DNA of 64,000 nucleotides. Origin: Ylistrum balloti. Lineage: Eukaryota. The translations under genes and the position numbers were made by a program. Positions 23,230 through 38,000 of this stretch are shown here, in pieces (the first letter of the stretch is position 1; every line of letters begins with the position of its first letter). The notes beneath the pieces were generated by a model. It saw only the letters and a list, made by a program, of their open reading frames with translations, had not been told where the DNA came from and made no database searches. Location: contig NW_026782484.1 of NCBI RefSeq assembly GCF_031769215.1, positions 248,001 through 312,000 on the forward strand, written 5' to 3'.

Positions 23230-26200
23230 TTCCGTCTTATACAGGTAGTAATTCCTATATATGCAGGTAGTGATTCCTATACATACATGTAGTGATTCCT
23301 ATATATACAGGTAGTGATTCCTATATATACAGGTAGTGCTTCCTACATATACAGGTAGTGATTCCTATATATACAGGTAGTGATTCCTACATATACAGGT
23401 AGTGATTCCTATATATACAGGTAGTGATTCCTATACGTACAGGTAGTGATTCCTATATATACAGGTAGTGATTCCTATATATACAGGTAGTGATTTCTAT
23501 ATATACAGGTAGTGATTCCTACATATACAGGTAGTGATTCCTATACGTACAGGTAGTGATTCCTATATATACAGGTAGTGATTCCTATATATACAGGTAG
23601 TGATTCCTATACGTACAGGTAGTGATTCCTATATATACAGGTAGTGATTCCTATACGTACAGGTAGTGATTCCTATATGTACAGGTAGTGATTCCTATAT
23701 ATACAGGTAGTGATTCCTATACATACAGGTAGTGATTCCAAAACATACAGGTAGTGATTCCTATACATACGGGTAGTGATTCCTATACGTACAGGTAGTG
23801 ATTCCTATACATACAGGTAGTGATTCCTACACATACAGGTAGTGATTCCTACACGTACAGGTAGTGATTCCTACACGTACAGGTAGTGATTCCTATACAT
23901 ACAGGTAGTGATTCCCATACATACAGGTAGTGATTCCTATACGTACATGTAGTGATTCCTATATGTACAGATAGTGATTCCTATATATACAGGTAGTGAT
24001 TCCTACATATACAGGTAGTGATTCCTACATATACAGGTAGTCATTCCTATACGTACAGGTAGTGATTCCTATATATACAAGTAGTGATTCCTATATATAC
24101 AGGTAGTGATTCCTATATATACAGGTAGTGATTCCTATATATACAGGTAGTGATTCCTATATATATACAGGTAGTGATTCCTATATATACAGGTAGTGAT
24201 TCCTATATATACAGGTAGTGATTCCGATTCCTATATATACAGGTAGTGATTCCTATATATACAGGTAGTGCTTCCTATATATATACAGGTAGTGCTTCCT
24301 ATATATATACAGGTAGTGATTCCTATATATACAGGTAGTGATTCCTATATATAAAGGAAGTGATTCCTATATATAAAGGAAGTGATTCCTATATATAAAG
24401 GAAGTGATTCCTATATATACAGGTAGTGATTCCTATACATAAAGGTAGTGATTCCTATATATACAGGTAGTGATTCCTATATATACAGGTAGTGATTCCT
24501 ATATATATACAGGTAGTGATTCCTATATATACCGGTAGTGATTCCTATATATATATATATATATATAGGTAGTGATTCCTATATATAAAGGTAGTGATTC
24601 CTATATAAACAGGTAGTGATTCCTATATATATACAGGTAGTGATTCCTATATATACCGGTAGTGATTCCTATATATATACAGGTAGTGATTCCTATATAT
24701 ACAGGTAGAGATTCCTATATATACAGGTAGTGATTCCTATATATACAGGTAGTGATTCCTATATATACAGGTAGTGCTTCCTATATATATACAGGTAGTG
24801 CTTCCTATATATATACAGGTAGTGATTCCTATATATACAGGTAGTGATTCCTATACATAAAGGAAGTGATTCCTATATATACAGGTAGTGATTCCTATAT
24901 ATACAGGTAGTGATTCCTATATATATACAGGTAGTGATACCTATACATAAGGTAGTGATTCCTATATGTAAAGGAAGTGGTTCCTATATATACAGGTAGT
25001 GATTCCTATATATAAAGGAAGTGATTCCTATATATAAAGGAAGTGATTCCTATACATAAAGGTAGTGATTCCTATATATACCGGTAGTGATTCCTATATA
25101 TATATTTAGGTAGTGATTCCTATATATAAAGGTAGTGATTCCTATATAAACAGGTAGTGATTCCTATATATACATGTAGTAATTCCTATATATATACAGG
25201 TAGTAATTCCTATATATACAGGTAGTGATTCCTATACATAAAGGTAGTGATTCCTATATATACAGGTAGTGATTCCTATATATACAGGTAGTGATTCCTA
25301 TATATACAGGTAGTGATTCCTATATATACAGGTAGTGCTTCCTATATATATATAGGTAGTGCTTCCTATATAAATACAGGTAGTGGTTCCTATATATACA
25401 GGTAGTGATTCCTATATATAAAGGAAGTGATTCCTATATATAAAGGAAGTGATTCCTATATATACAGGTAGTGATTCCTATACATAAAGGTAGTGATTCC
25501 TATATATACAGGTAGTGATTCCTATATATATAGGTAGTGATTCCTATATATATACAGGTAGTGATTCCTATATATACCGGTAGTGATTCCTATATATATA
25601 TATATATATAGGTAGTGATTCCTATATATAAAGGTAGTGATTCCTATATAAACAGGTAGTGATTCCTATATATATACAGGTAGTGATTCCTATATATACC
25701 GGTAGTGATTCCTATACATAAAGGCAGTGATTCCTATATATACAGGTAGTGATTCCTATATATACAGGTAGTGATTCCTATATATACAGGTAGTGATTCC
25801 TATATATACAAGTAGTGCTTCCTATATATATACAGGTAGTGCTTCCTATATATATACAGGTAGTGATTCCTATATATACAGGTAGTGATTCCTATAATAA
25901 AGGTAGTGATTCCTATATATAAGGTAGTGATTCCTATATATACAGGTAGTGATTCCTATATATATACAGGTAGTGATACCTATACATAAGGTAGTGATTC
26001 CTATATTTAAAGGAAGTGTTTCCTATATATACAGGTAGTGATTCCTATATATAAAGGAAGTGATTCCTATATATAAAGGAAGTGATTCCTATATATAAAG
26101 GAAGTGATTCCTATATATACAGGTAGTGATTCCTATACATAAAGGTAGTTATTCCTATATATACAGGTAGTGATTCCTATATATACAGGTAGTGATTCCT

Positions 26201-27435
26201 ATATATATACAGGTAGTGATTCCTATATATACCGGTAGTGATTCCTATATATATATATATAGGTAGTGATTCCTATATATAAAGGTAGTGATTCCTATAT
26301 AAACAGGTAGTGATTCCTATATATACATGTAGTGATTCCTATATATATACAGGTAGTGATTCCTATATATATATACAGGTAGTGATTCCTATATATACAG
26401 GTAGTGATTTCTATACATAAAGGAAGTGATTCCTATATATACAGGTAGTGATTCCTATATATACAGGTAGTGATTCCTATATAAACAGGTAGTGATTCCT
26501 ATACATAAAGGAAGTGATTCCTATATATACAAGTAGTGATTCCTATATATACAGGTAGTGATTCCTATATATAAAGGTAGTGATTCCTATATATACAGGT
26601 AGTGATTCCTATACATACAGGTAGTGATTCCTATATATGAAGGAAGTGATTCCTATATATACAGGTAGTGATTCCTATATATAAAGGAAGTGATTCCTAT
26701 ATATTCAAGTAGTGATTCCTATATATACAGGTAGTGATTCCTATATATACAGGTAGTGATTCCTATATAAACAGGTAGTGATTCCTATACAGGAAGCAAG
26801 TGATTCCTATATATACAGGTAGTGATTACTATACATACAGGTAGTGATTCCTATATATACAGGTAGTGATTCCTATATATACAGGTAGTGATTCCTATAT
26901 ATAAAGGTAGTGATTCCTATATATATACAGGTAGTGATTCCTATATAAACAGGTAGTGATTCCTATACATAAAGGTAGTGATTCCTATATATACAGGTAG
27001 TGATTCCTATATATACAGGTAGTGATTCCTATATAAACAGGTAGTGATTCCTATATATAAAGGTAGTGATTCCTATATATACAGGTAGTGATTCCTATAT
27101 ATAAAAGAAGTGATTCCTATATATACAGGTAGCGATTCCTATATATATACAGGTAGTGATTCCTATATATACCGGTAGTGATTCCTATATATATATATAT
27201 AGGTAGTGATTCCTATATATACAGGTAGTGATTCCTATATATAAATGTAGTGATTCCTATATATACAGGTAGTCATTCCTATACGTACAGGTAGTGATTC
27301 CTATATATACAAGTAGTGATTCCTATATATACAGGTAGTGATTCCTATACAGGAAGCAAGTGATTCCTATATATACAGGTAGTGATTACTATACATACAG
27401 GTAGTGATTCCTATATAAACAGGTAGTGATTACTA
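23230..27435. repeat. Minisatellite, 22-bp core unit (CAGGTAGTGATTCCTATATATA) with variable TA tract, ~4.2 kb
   Basis: Direct tandem repeat and the largest array in the window. Confidence 0.98.
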
Positions 27436-27882
27436 TGTACACATGTAGGTATTGATGCCTCTGTATATACAAGTAGGTGTTTTGATCATCTGTATATACA
27501 TGTAGGGGTTGATTTTTCTGTATATATATGTAGGTGTTGACTCCTCTGTATATACATGTAGGGGTTGATTTTTCTGTATATATATGTAGGTGTTGATTCT
27601 TCTGTATATATACATGTAGGTGTTGATTTCTCTGTAGATATATGTAGGTGTTGATTCCTCTGTATATACATGTAGGTGTTGATTCCTCTGTATATATATG
27701 TAGGTGTTGATTCCTCTGTATATATATGTAGGTGTTGACTCCTTTGTATATATATGTAGGTGTTGATTCCTCTGTATTTATATGTAGGTCTTGACTCCTT
27801 TGTATATATATGTAGGTGTTGACTCCTCTGTATATATATGTAGGTGTTGACTCCTCTGTATATATATGTAGGTGTTGACTCC
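27436..27882. repeat. Minisatellite, 28-bp unit (GTAGGTGTTGATTCCTCTGTATATATAT), related to the adjacent 22-bp array
   Basis: Direct tandem repeat sharing AGGT-TGATTCCT-TATATA with the 22-bp unit. Confidence 0.9.
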
Positions 27883-28384
27883 GCTTAATTGATTCCTCCC
27901 AGTTCTGCTGTTAATTATGTTGTTACCGTTCTGCCCATAGCGCCTATACATTGACTACTGAGTTATTTCAAATTTGTTGATTTTTTTTTACAGAAAGTCG
28001 TCTAATTGCATCGGATGTTTTCTTAATATATTTTTCGCCGAAGTAGTTGTCAGTTTATCTTTCAAGTGATCAAGTATGTGTGATATTCCAAAATAGATTA
28101 AATTAAAGTAATTAACATATTAATTAACATGTCTTCTAAAATATGCATGATAATCAAAGGCAACGACTATAAATCATGATGTGTACAAAGCGATGTCTGG
28201 AGCCGGTACAACACAGGAAATACCTTAATGTACTTTTCACGCTTCATAAGCTATTTAAAAAATTGTTAAAAATCAAGTATCATTAAGTTAGTCACAACTC
28301 CGTCTTCTTTTACATAACTCTCTGCCCTGTCAACATCGTTACATGTCAACATGTTATCAAATTAACAAAACAAAGTATCATAGC

Positions 28385-29060
28385 CATCACATAACACTAT
28401 GATATCAACCTTCACATTTTACTTCACGGTGTCAAAACCTTCTCATAACACCATGATATCAACCTTCAAATTTTTCTTCACGGTGTCAAAACCTTCACAT
28501 AACACCATATCAACCTTCAAATTTTACTTCACGGTGTCAAAACCTTCACATAACACCATATCAACCTTCAAATTTTACTTCACGGTGTCAAAACCTTCAC
28601 ATAACACTATATCAACCTTCACGTTTTACTTCACGGTGTCAAAACCTTCACATAACACCTTGTTATCAACCTTTAAATGACACTTCACGGTGTCATAACC
28701 GTCACAGATATCCTGCTATCAACCTTTACATGTCACACTGTCACCAATCTTCACATATCGCAGTATCATAATCTTCACATAACACCATGTTATTAGCATT
28801 CACATATCGCAGTGTCATAATCTTCACATAACACCATGTTATTAGCCTTCACATATCGCAGTGTCATAATCTTCACATAACACCATGTTATTAGCCCTCA
28901 CATATCGCAGTGTCATAATCTTCACATAACACCATGTTATTAGCCTTCACATATCGCATTATCATAACCTCAATATAACACCATGGTATCAACCTTTATA
29001 TGACACTTCACGGTGTCATAACCTGCACATAACACCTTGTTATCAACCTTCACATGACGT
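28385..29060. repeat. Minisatellite, 51-bp unit grading into a shorter related unit
   Basis: ATCAACCTTCAAATTTTACTTCACGGTGTCAAAACCTTCACATAACACCAT repeats with 17-aa ORF periodicity, then TTCACATATCGCAGTGTCATAATCTTCACATAACACC variants. Confidence 0.85.
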
Positions 29061-29657
29061 TACGAGATCAACCAAATGTTCAATAGACCATAGCGGTTTA
29101 CCGTGCCTCGAACACAATGCTGAGGACGGCAGACAATGGCTTCAGGAGTCAAATATAGAAGCCATCGTCAAAGCAGAATGATATTCAGCAAACCATTGCT
29201 GATTTAACGAGAAAACGGAATCCTACGGAGGTACTTTCGGTACAGTTCATGGGATAACTTGTTCAACTCTCAGGAAATTGTTGACAGCGAAACCATTTCT
29301 TTGTAAAGTTGCCAGATCTGAAGAAAGAATTCGTTGTGCGCATAGAGGGCTGTTCTTTAAGAAGACGGTGCCAGTGATTTACACTAGACTAAAACTTTTA
29401 CTGTCAAGAAGGATTGCCTGGCAACTGTGTGGAAAGTGCCGTACATCTACGGATGATGTTTTCCCTAGAAACACTTCAATTACCCCTAACCTACTCATAC
29501 CGATCCAAGGTTGCAAACACATGATTTATGTGATGATGTTTTTTCTATAACCCCGCAGACTCCGAATTCGTGCCTTTAAGGGTGAGAACAATATTAAAGC
29601 AGATTTCCGCTGTAGCATAGGACTGATTGAGGAACCACTTTCATAGGAAATGGAGGA

Positions 29658-29953
29658 TGACGTCACGAACTCACGTGTTCTTACCGTATCAATACGAGAG
29701 AATAGGTCACGTGTGTGTATACACGTAAGCGGATAGGGTAGTGTTCAACCGGTCAGATGAGAATGGCGGTCGTTGTTTATCATTACCTGTTGTGCATGTT
29801 TTATGGCCAAAATTTGATACGGAATGGAGCCCAGTTATCTGACTTGGCTTCAGAAGAGGGACAGATAACTCGGGGCACACTACCTCAAGGTAGCAAGCCG
29901 TGACTGACAGGTCTTCATCGAGGCAGCGTCAAGACCGACCACCATTTGTAAGT
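29658..29953 (+). promoter_or_regulatory. Candidate distal promoter plus non-coding first exon of the globin gene (CRE and E-box/HRE cluster, donor at 29948)
   Basis: TGACGTCA at 29658-29665, CACGTG at 29672-29677 and 29708-29713, CACGTA (TACGTG on minus) at 29722-29727, and GTAAGT at 29948-29953. Assignment to the globin is inference. Confidence 0.35.
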
Positions 29954-30429
29954 AGGTAATGGGGGTCAAGGCCAGATGTTGATAAGGAGTGTCACGCATT
30001 CATCCCGTCTATCTGTGAAGAGACTGTAGGGTTTACCAATTAAAATTAGTGTATGAATGAAAGAGAGTGCAAAAGCGAGTGTGAATGTGTCTATATATAA
30101 TTATACTTTATGGTACTATAAATAGCGACACATGACGTCACCAATATCATCAACACATGTAATTACTAATACCGTCAACACATGGCATAGGCTATACCAT
30201 CAGCTCATGACGTCACCAATGCCATCAACCCATGGCATTATCGATACCATGATCACCTGTCATGACCAATACCGTCAACACATGGCATAGGCTATACCAT
30301 CAGCACATAACATCATAAATACCATACACATATGGCACAACCAACACCATCAACAAAGCTTTACCAATATGATCAACACATGTCATCACCTATACCAACA
30401 CATCACCCCTAATTAAACATATGATATGT

Positions 30430-31735
30430 AACAGACAGGCGTGACTCGATCAAAATATAGCATTGTGTCATGGGAAGGTGTAACAGACGGACATGGCTCG
30501 ATCAGTGTTCAGAATTACGTCTGAGGAAGGTGTAACAGACGAACATGACTCGATCAGTGTTTAGAATTACGTCTGAGGAAGGTGTAACAGACGGACATGG
30601 CTCGATCAGTGTTCAGAATTACGCCTGAGGAAGGTGTAACAGACGAACATGACTCGATCAGTGTTTAGAATTACGTCTGAGGAAGGTGTAACAAACGAAC
30701 ATGACTCGATCAGTGTTTAGAATTACGTCTGAGGAAGGTGTAACAGACGGACATGGCTCGATCAGTGTTTAGAATTACGTCTGAGGAAGGTGTAACAAAC
30801 GAACATGACTCGATCAGTGTTTAGAATTACGTCTGAGGAAGGTGTAACAGACGGACATGGCTCGATCAGTGTTTAGAATTACGTCTGAGGAAGGTGTAAC
30901 AGACGGACATGGCTCGATCAGTGTTCAGAATTACGTCTGAGGAAGGTGTAACAGACGAACATGACTCGATCAGTGTTTAGAATTACGTCTGAGGAAGGTA
31001 TAACAGACGGACATGGCTCGATCAGTGTTCAGAATTACGTCTGAGGAAGGTGTAACAGACGAACATGACTCGATCAGTGTTTAGAATTACGTCTGAGGAA
31101 GGTGTAACAAACGAACATGACTCGATCAGTGTTTAGAGTTAAGTCTGAGGAAGGTGTAACATACGGACATGGCTCGATCAGTGTTTAGAATTACGTCTGA
31201 GGAAGGTGTAACAGACGGACATGACTCGAACAGTGTTTAGAATTACGTCTGAAGAAGGTGTAACAGACGAACATGACTCGATCAGTGTTTAGAGTTAAGT
31301 CTGAGGAAGGTGTAACATACGGACATGACTCGATCAGTGTTTAGAGTTAAGTCTGAGGAAGGTGTAACATACGGACATGGCTCGATCAGTGTTTAGAATT
31401 ACGTCTGAGGAAGGTGTAACAGACGGACATGACTCGAACAGTGTTTAGAATTACGTCTGAAGAAGGTGTAACAGACGAACATGACTCGATCAGTGTTTAG
31501 AGTTAAGTCTGAGGAAGGTGTAACATACGGACATGACTCGATCAGTGTTTAGAATTACGTCTGAGGAAGGTGTAACAGACGAACATGACGCGATCAGTGT
31601 TTAGAATTACGTCTGAGGAAGGTGTAACAGACGAACATGACTCGATCAGTGTTTAGAATTAAGTCTGAGGAAGGTGTAACAGACGAACATGACTCGATCA
31701 ATGTTTAGAATTACGTCTGAGGAAGGTGTAAGCTC
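30430..31735. repeat. Minisatellite, 52-bp unit (GAAGGTGTAACAGACGGACATGGCTCGATCAGTGTTCAGAATTACGTCTGAG)
   Basis: About 25 highly similar tandem copies. Confidence 0.97.
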
Positions 31736-31890
31736 AGTAACCATCTGACTTATCTTCCGGACGCTGTAATTAATATCGATTAACAATTGTCTCTCTCCCT
31801 AATTGATGATTATCGTTAATCGATGCGTGCAGTAATGGACGGAACCCGGCTGATATTTAACATGGCTTGGTTACCCTACACAATGCCAGT

Positions 31891-31934
31891 CCCGCCCCCT
31901 CCACCTCCGTCCGGCTGACCAGTAACATTACGTG
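31891..31934 (+). promoter_or_regulatory. Candidate proximal promoter motifs of the globin (GC box CCCGCCCC, HRE-core TACGTG)
   Basis: GC box at 31891-31898 and TACGTG at 31929-31934, about 100-150 bp upstream of the ATG at 32037. Confidence 0.3.
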
Positions 31935-32036
31935 TTACACAATACGCAGCACGCCCTATCTAAATGAAACTTTTAATGGCATACTTCGCAGGTAAGACGA
32001 GTGTAAATTGGGTCAAAGTTGACAGAGTCAAGCATT

Positions 32037-35000
32037 ATGGGATGTAGTACCAGCACAACAAACATGGAAGGGACGAAGGCTCCGCTGTCCTCTGTCGACA
32101 AAACACTCATCAAGCAATCTTGGACACAGTTCACGAATGCAGGCAGTCTTGCCGACTTAGGGTTACCAATGTTTGTCAAGTAAGCAATTAAATATTGTTG
32201 AAGTAGTTTAAATAGCATGAATTCGTAATTACATTGTGTTCACCTTGTTCCGACTGTTATATATGTTTATATATTATATTTCATATCCTATATATATATA
32301 TATATTATGTTTATCAAATTAATTACCTATCATTTTAATTGGTTATCAATCTGTTTCGACATTAAAGATGTTTATTGAAAGTTAATGTGAACAGTGATAA
32401 AGTTGTATGTTAAAGGTGATAAAGCTGTATGTTTACAGTGATAAAGCTGTATGATCGCGGCGATAACGCTGTATGTTAACGGTGATAAAGTTGATATTAA
32501 CGGTGATAAAGTTGATATTAACGGTGATAAAACTGTATGATAACAGTGATAAAACTGTATGTTATCTGTTAACGGTGATAAAACTGTATGTTAACAGTGA
32601 TAAAGTTGATGTTAACGGTGATAAAACTGTATGTTAACAGTAATAAAGTTGATGTTAACGGTGATAAAACTGTATGTTAACAGTGATAAAACTGTATGTT
32701 AACAGTGATAAAATTGATGTTAACGGTGATAAAACTGTATGTTAACAGTGATAAAGTTGATGTTAACGGTGATAAAACTGTATGTTAACAGTGATAAAGT
32801 TGATGTTAACGGTGATAAAACTGTATGTTAACAGTGATAAAACTGTATGTTAACAGTGATAAAATTGATGTTAACGGTGATAAAACTGTATGTTAACAGT
32901 GATAAAGTTGATGTTAACGGTGATAAAACTGTATGTTAACAGTGATAAAGTTGATGTTAACGGTGATAAAACTGTATGTTAACAGTGATAAAACTGTATG
33001 TTAACAGTGATAAAATTGATGTTAACGGTGATAAAACTGAATGTTAACAGTGATAAAGCTTTATGTTAACGGTGATAAAGTTGATGTTAACGGTGATAAA
33101 ACTGTATGTTAACAGTGATAAAGTTGATGTTAACGGTGATAAAACTGTATGTTAACAGTGATAAAACTGTATGTTAACAGTGATAAAACTGTATGTTAAC
33201 AGTGATAAAACTGTATGTTAACAGTGATAAAACTGTATGTTAACAGTGATAAAATTGATGTTAACGGTGATAAAACTGAATGTTAACAGTGATAAAGCTT
33301 TATGTTAACGGTGATAAAGTTGATGTTAACGGTGATAAAACTGTATTTTAACAATGATAAAGCTTTATGTTAACGGTGATAAAGCTGTGTTTACAGTGAT
33401 GAAGCTTTATGTTAACGGTGATAAAACTGTATGTTAACGGTGATAAAACTGTATGTGAACAGTGATAAAGCTTTATGTTAACGGTAATCAAGCTGTATGT
33501 TAACGGTGATAAAACTGTATGATTAGGGCGGCGATGAAGCTGCATGGTGGCATTGATAAAGCTAATTGGTGGTGGTGGTAGGTTTGTATGGTCGCAGATA
33601 TAAGCTTGTATGGAGACGGTGATAAAGCTATATGGTCTCTGATTTGAACTTGTATGGTCGTGGTGATAGAGCTGCATATTCGCGATGAAATAGCTGTATG
33701 GTCGCGGTGATGAAGCTGTATGGTCGCGGTGATGAAGCTGTATGGTCGCGATGATAAAGCTGTATGTTCGCTTTGATAAAGATGTATGCTTGTTGTGATA
33801 AAGCTGTATGGTCGCGGTGATGAAGCTGTATGGTCGCGGTGATAAAGCTGTATGTTTGCTTTGATAAAGATGTATGCTTGCTGTGATAAAGCTGTATGTT
33901 TGCTTTGATAAAGATGTATGCTTGCTGTGATGAAGCTGTATGGTCGCGGTGATAAAGCTGTATGTTTGCTTTGATAAAGATGTATGCTTGCTGTGATAAA
34001 GCTGTATGTTTGCTTTGATAAAGATGTATGCTTGCTGTGATGAAGCTGTATGGTCGCGGTGATAAAGCTGTATGTTTGCTTTGATAAAGATGTATGCTTG
34101 CTGTGATAAAGCTGTATGGTCGCGGTGATAAAACTGTATGGTCGCGGTGATAAAGCTGTATGTTCGCTTTGATAAAGATGTATGCTTGTTGTGATAAAGC
34201 TGTATGGTCGCGGTGATGAAGCTGTATGGTCGCGGTGATAAAGCTGTATGTTTGCTTTGATAAAGATGTATGCTTGCTGTGATAAAGCTGTATGTTTGCT
34301 TTGATAAAGATGTATGCTTGCTGTGATGAAGCTGTATGGTCGCGGTGATAAAGCTGTATGTTTGCTTTGATAAAGATGTATGCTTGCTGTGATAAAGCTG
34401 TATGGCCGCGGTGATAATGCTGTATGGTCGCGGTGTTAAAGCTGTATGGTCGCGGTGATAAAGCCGTATGGTCGCGGTGATGAAGCTGTATGGTCGCGGT
34501 GTTAAAGCTGTATGAGCGCGGTTATAAATATGTATTATCACGGTTAAAGAGCTGTATGGTGGTGTCGATAAAACTGTGTTTGTAGCGACAAACCGGAACA
34601 TTCGCCATGATGAACCGGAACAATTGTGCGATAATATACCCTCGCCGTAATGATTTGTTCACATGCTGAGGTGATACATATGTATAGACTAGTAAAGAAT
34701 GATGATAACGCATATTTACAACCATGTGTATCTCGAGTAGAGAACGAGGTCCGGCCAGATGTGAAACTCGGACATTCATTAAGTACAACTCATATGGAAA
34801 GCATCCCAAATGTATATATCGAGTAGAGAGCGAGAGCAAGCCATGTGTACAACGCGGGTAGGGTGCATGTCACAGGTGTATCTCGAGTAGAGAACGACGG
34901 CAAATAATTTGTACAACCAGGTAGAGAACGACGAGACACACTACGAGTACAATTAAGTAAAGGATGAAGGCATGCCAAGTAAACGTATTAGACATCCACT

Positions 35001-38000
35001 TAGGTGGAGGTTTACATCGCTATACTAACCTGGGCTGTGCAACGTCTTCAAAGCTATGCCTATCGATGCTGAGGTTCGATTTCCGAATTACCTATTTTTT
35101 AAAAGCAGCTCGTTTGGTCGTGCCGCGGTTGGATTACTGGTTAACGCATACTGCTCACAGTGAGTTCGAATCCCAGCAAGCACGTCTTATTGATTTTTAT
35201 ATTTGTATTAAGGATATTCAATCTGAAATTTGACTGGTTATTTCTTCTGACTAAACCTTGGACAAAGTTTTCACTTACAGTCTTAAAATATGACAAAGAT
35301 AGAAATGGGTTACTATTAGAACAGTATTTTAGTCAGTATTAGAGTGCGAAAACTAAGACATTTTCGTAATTCGAAACTTTTCTGTAATGTTCCGGATACC
35401 GGAAATAGTGGGTGCCTGCTGGGATGCATGTACAGGTTCATTATTTTGCATGGTCACTATTAGGATATGGAAATCAATGTCGAATTATGACTCAACAAAA
35501 CCACTTCCGGGTCATCTGTGATTTCAGAATTCTCTGGATTCACTGTCAATGTTCATTAACAATTGTAACAAATTGGATATTATGACAAATGGAAAATTGC
35601 TATTTATTTATTTTATGTATTTTTAATCAGGACAAATAAAAATTGGTTATTGTTTATCTCATATACATAACCTGATTGTCACCCCCGAAAGCAGGTTGAT
35701 AACCAAATACTAACCCGTGCACGTGCTCTGAACTGGCTGGTACTTGAATACTAACCTGTGCTCGTGCGCTCCAGCCGGGTAATACAAAACAAGGGAACCA
35801 TGCGGTAATGCCTAGTTAAAAACGAGGCTGTAAATAAGGCCACGTCAGTACTCAAGTAGAGCAGACAGGAAGGCATGTCACGTGCAGAACTAAAAAACCA
35901 ACAAGGGTTCTGTCATTTTTTTTACAAACCAGGTGGAGAGCAAGGCGGTATCACGTGCACAAGCATTTGACACTACATGTTTCTCCGTCTTTTTCGCTTT
36001 ATATACAGAATAATTGAGGCGCCATTTTTCAACAATGTAAACAAAAGTCTGATTTGTGAGTTTGCTTGATCGTAGTATCATTTAACACTCGTGGATCAAT
36101 AGACGTACTTTTTTGCAAGGCTAGGCAAAAATCCTATATCATGAAGCAAGTTTTTATGGAATGTCACGGGTCCGATACGGGTCCTCTATCGTTACAACTT
36201 CGACGGAATTGAGAGGCCGTGCTACATTGTAGCCATAACTAATCATGGGATTGTAAATATCTATCATGAACAAATATATACACGACTTTTGTGTGTTTCA
36301 CATTGTTGTTTATATTAGAAAGCGTGCTCTTTGCTAGTTCTATGATGTATTTACTGTGTGTATATTTAGGTAAGTATGTAAACAGTGGAGTGGCTAACAC
36401 TACAGAATTGACAGGATTTTATTGACTTTCATTCTTTATGACCACGTCCAACACCCACTAGCCGTAGCGTAGTAGTCGGGATCTACTGCCGTCCTAGTCG
36501 TTAATTCAGGAGCCAATTCCAAGTGAAATAATGAAGGGAAGCATTTCTTATTCTTCTGTCGCCATTCCAGACCGATAGACTCAAGTTGTACAAAATATGT
36601 TGTCTGTCCGCCTTAGTAGCCGTATACATTTTGCCAATACAGATTTGATGTCTGTCCGATCAGTCGTATGAATTTATTCTTTCTGCACAACAAATTGTCG
36701 AATGTTTATTTCCCGTATCGATTCGATGTCTTTCAGATCAGTCATAGGAATTTATTTCTTCTGCACAACTAAAAGTTGTTTGCATTTTGCCACTACAATT
36801 TTGTTGTCTGTCCGATCAGTCGTATGAATTCAGTATATTGTCACTACAGATTTGACGTCTGTTCTATCAGTCGTATGAATTTTGTTCGTCTGTCCAACTA
36901 AATGTCGAATATATATTGCCAGTATATATATTTGCTGTCTGTCCGATCAATCGTACAACTGTATGAATATATCATGTCTGCATAACTTACTGTCGTAAGC
37001 ATATTGCCACTACAGATTGTATGTCTGTCCGATAAGTCGTATGTATTAATTACGTCTGCACAACTAATAGTCGCATGTATATTGCCACTACAGATTTGAT
37101 GTCTGTCCTATTACCCGTATGTATTTAGTCCGTCTGTCCAACTAATTTTCAAATGCATTTGGCCTGTACATATATACGTTTGTTCAGCTACTATTTTTTG
37201 TCATTTTATTTGTGACGTCTGTCCAATCAGTCGTATATGTACGGATGTGACGTCTGTCTGATCCGTCGTATTTTGTCAGTACCTATGTGACAAATATCCA
37301 ATATATTGGAGTATCGTCACTCCCTCGTTTGTGTTTAAGTGAACTGCTGTCATCACTTTACTACTGATTGATTTAACACATTAAGTAACGACTCTGAAAC
37401 GTACCTAGCACAACTTTGCGCCATAAATTAAACTTTGAGATATTTATTGTGGCCTGTGCTTCGTCAGTCTAAAAGGTATGGCGCACTTGGGTCTGATTTG
37501 ACCATATCAAAGCTAACATTTAAGTTTGAAACACTTTTCTTTTTCGCCTTACTTAGACGTAAACTGGATTGCAAATGTTCAATACCATCTGAACAGAGAT
37601 GATAATTGTTTCGTACATGTAAGGTGAAAGCACGAGAACTGGAGTAAAGGGTTATCCTCGTTTTATTTATTATTGAACACACAACATTTACACGATGATG
37701 GGTTTAGATCGTTGCAATGCATTAATATTGAAAACCAGAGTAGAAAAGAAGAAAACATATTTTCGAGAGAAAAATGTTTTTATGGACTTGTTTTCTAGTT
37801 TTAGTATCATTGCTGATATTCCGTCTTTTGTAAAATTTAAAGTTAAACGTGTTCGATGTTCGTAAGTAAGACTAATGGTGTGTTGTGTTATATATAGTAA
37901 CACGTTTACGATGTTCGTAAGTAAGAATGGTAGTTTGTTGTGTTATATATAGTAACACGTGTACGATGTTCGTAAGTAAGACTGATGGTTTGTTGTGTTA

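Noticed and set aside
29060-29570. Coding-looking unique sequence with a 90-aa ORF (29278-29550)
   Set aside because: All frames are interrupted and I recognise no motif. It may be a decayed transposon, and a tBLASTx/HMM search would be needed.
30430-31735. Regular repeats that could be mistaken for CRISPR arrays (also 37845-38705 and 59820-61475)
   Set aside because: Units are head-to-tail with no unique spacers, there are no cas genes, and the context is eukaryotic.
33348-34601. 417-aa His/Thr/Ser-rich minus-strand ORF
   Set aside because: Arises from the 22-bp intronic array (66-bp period) antisense within globin intron 1.
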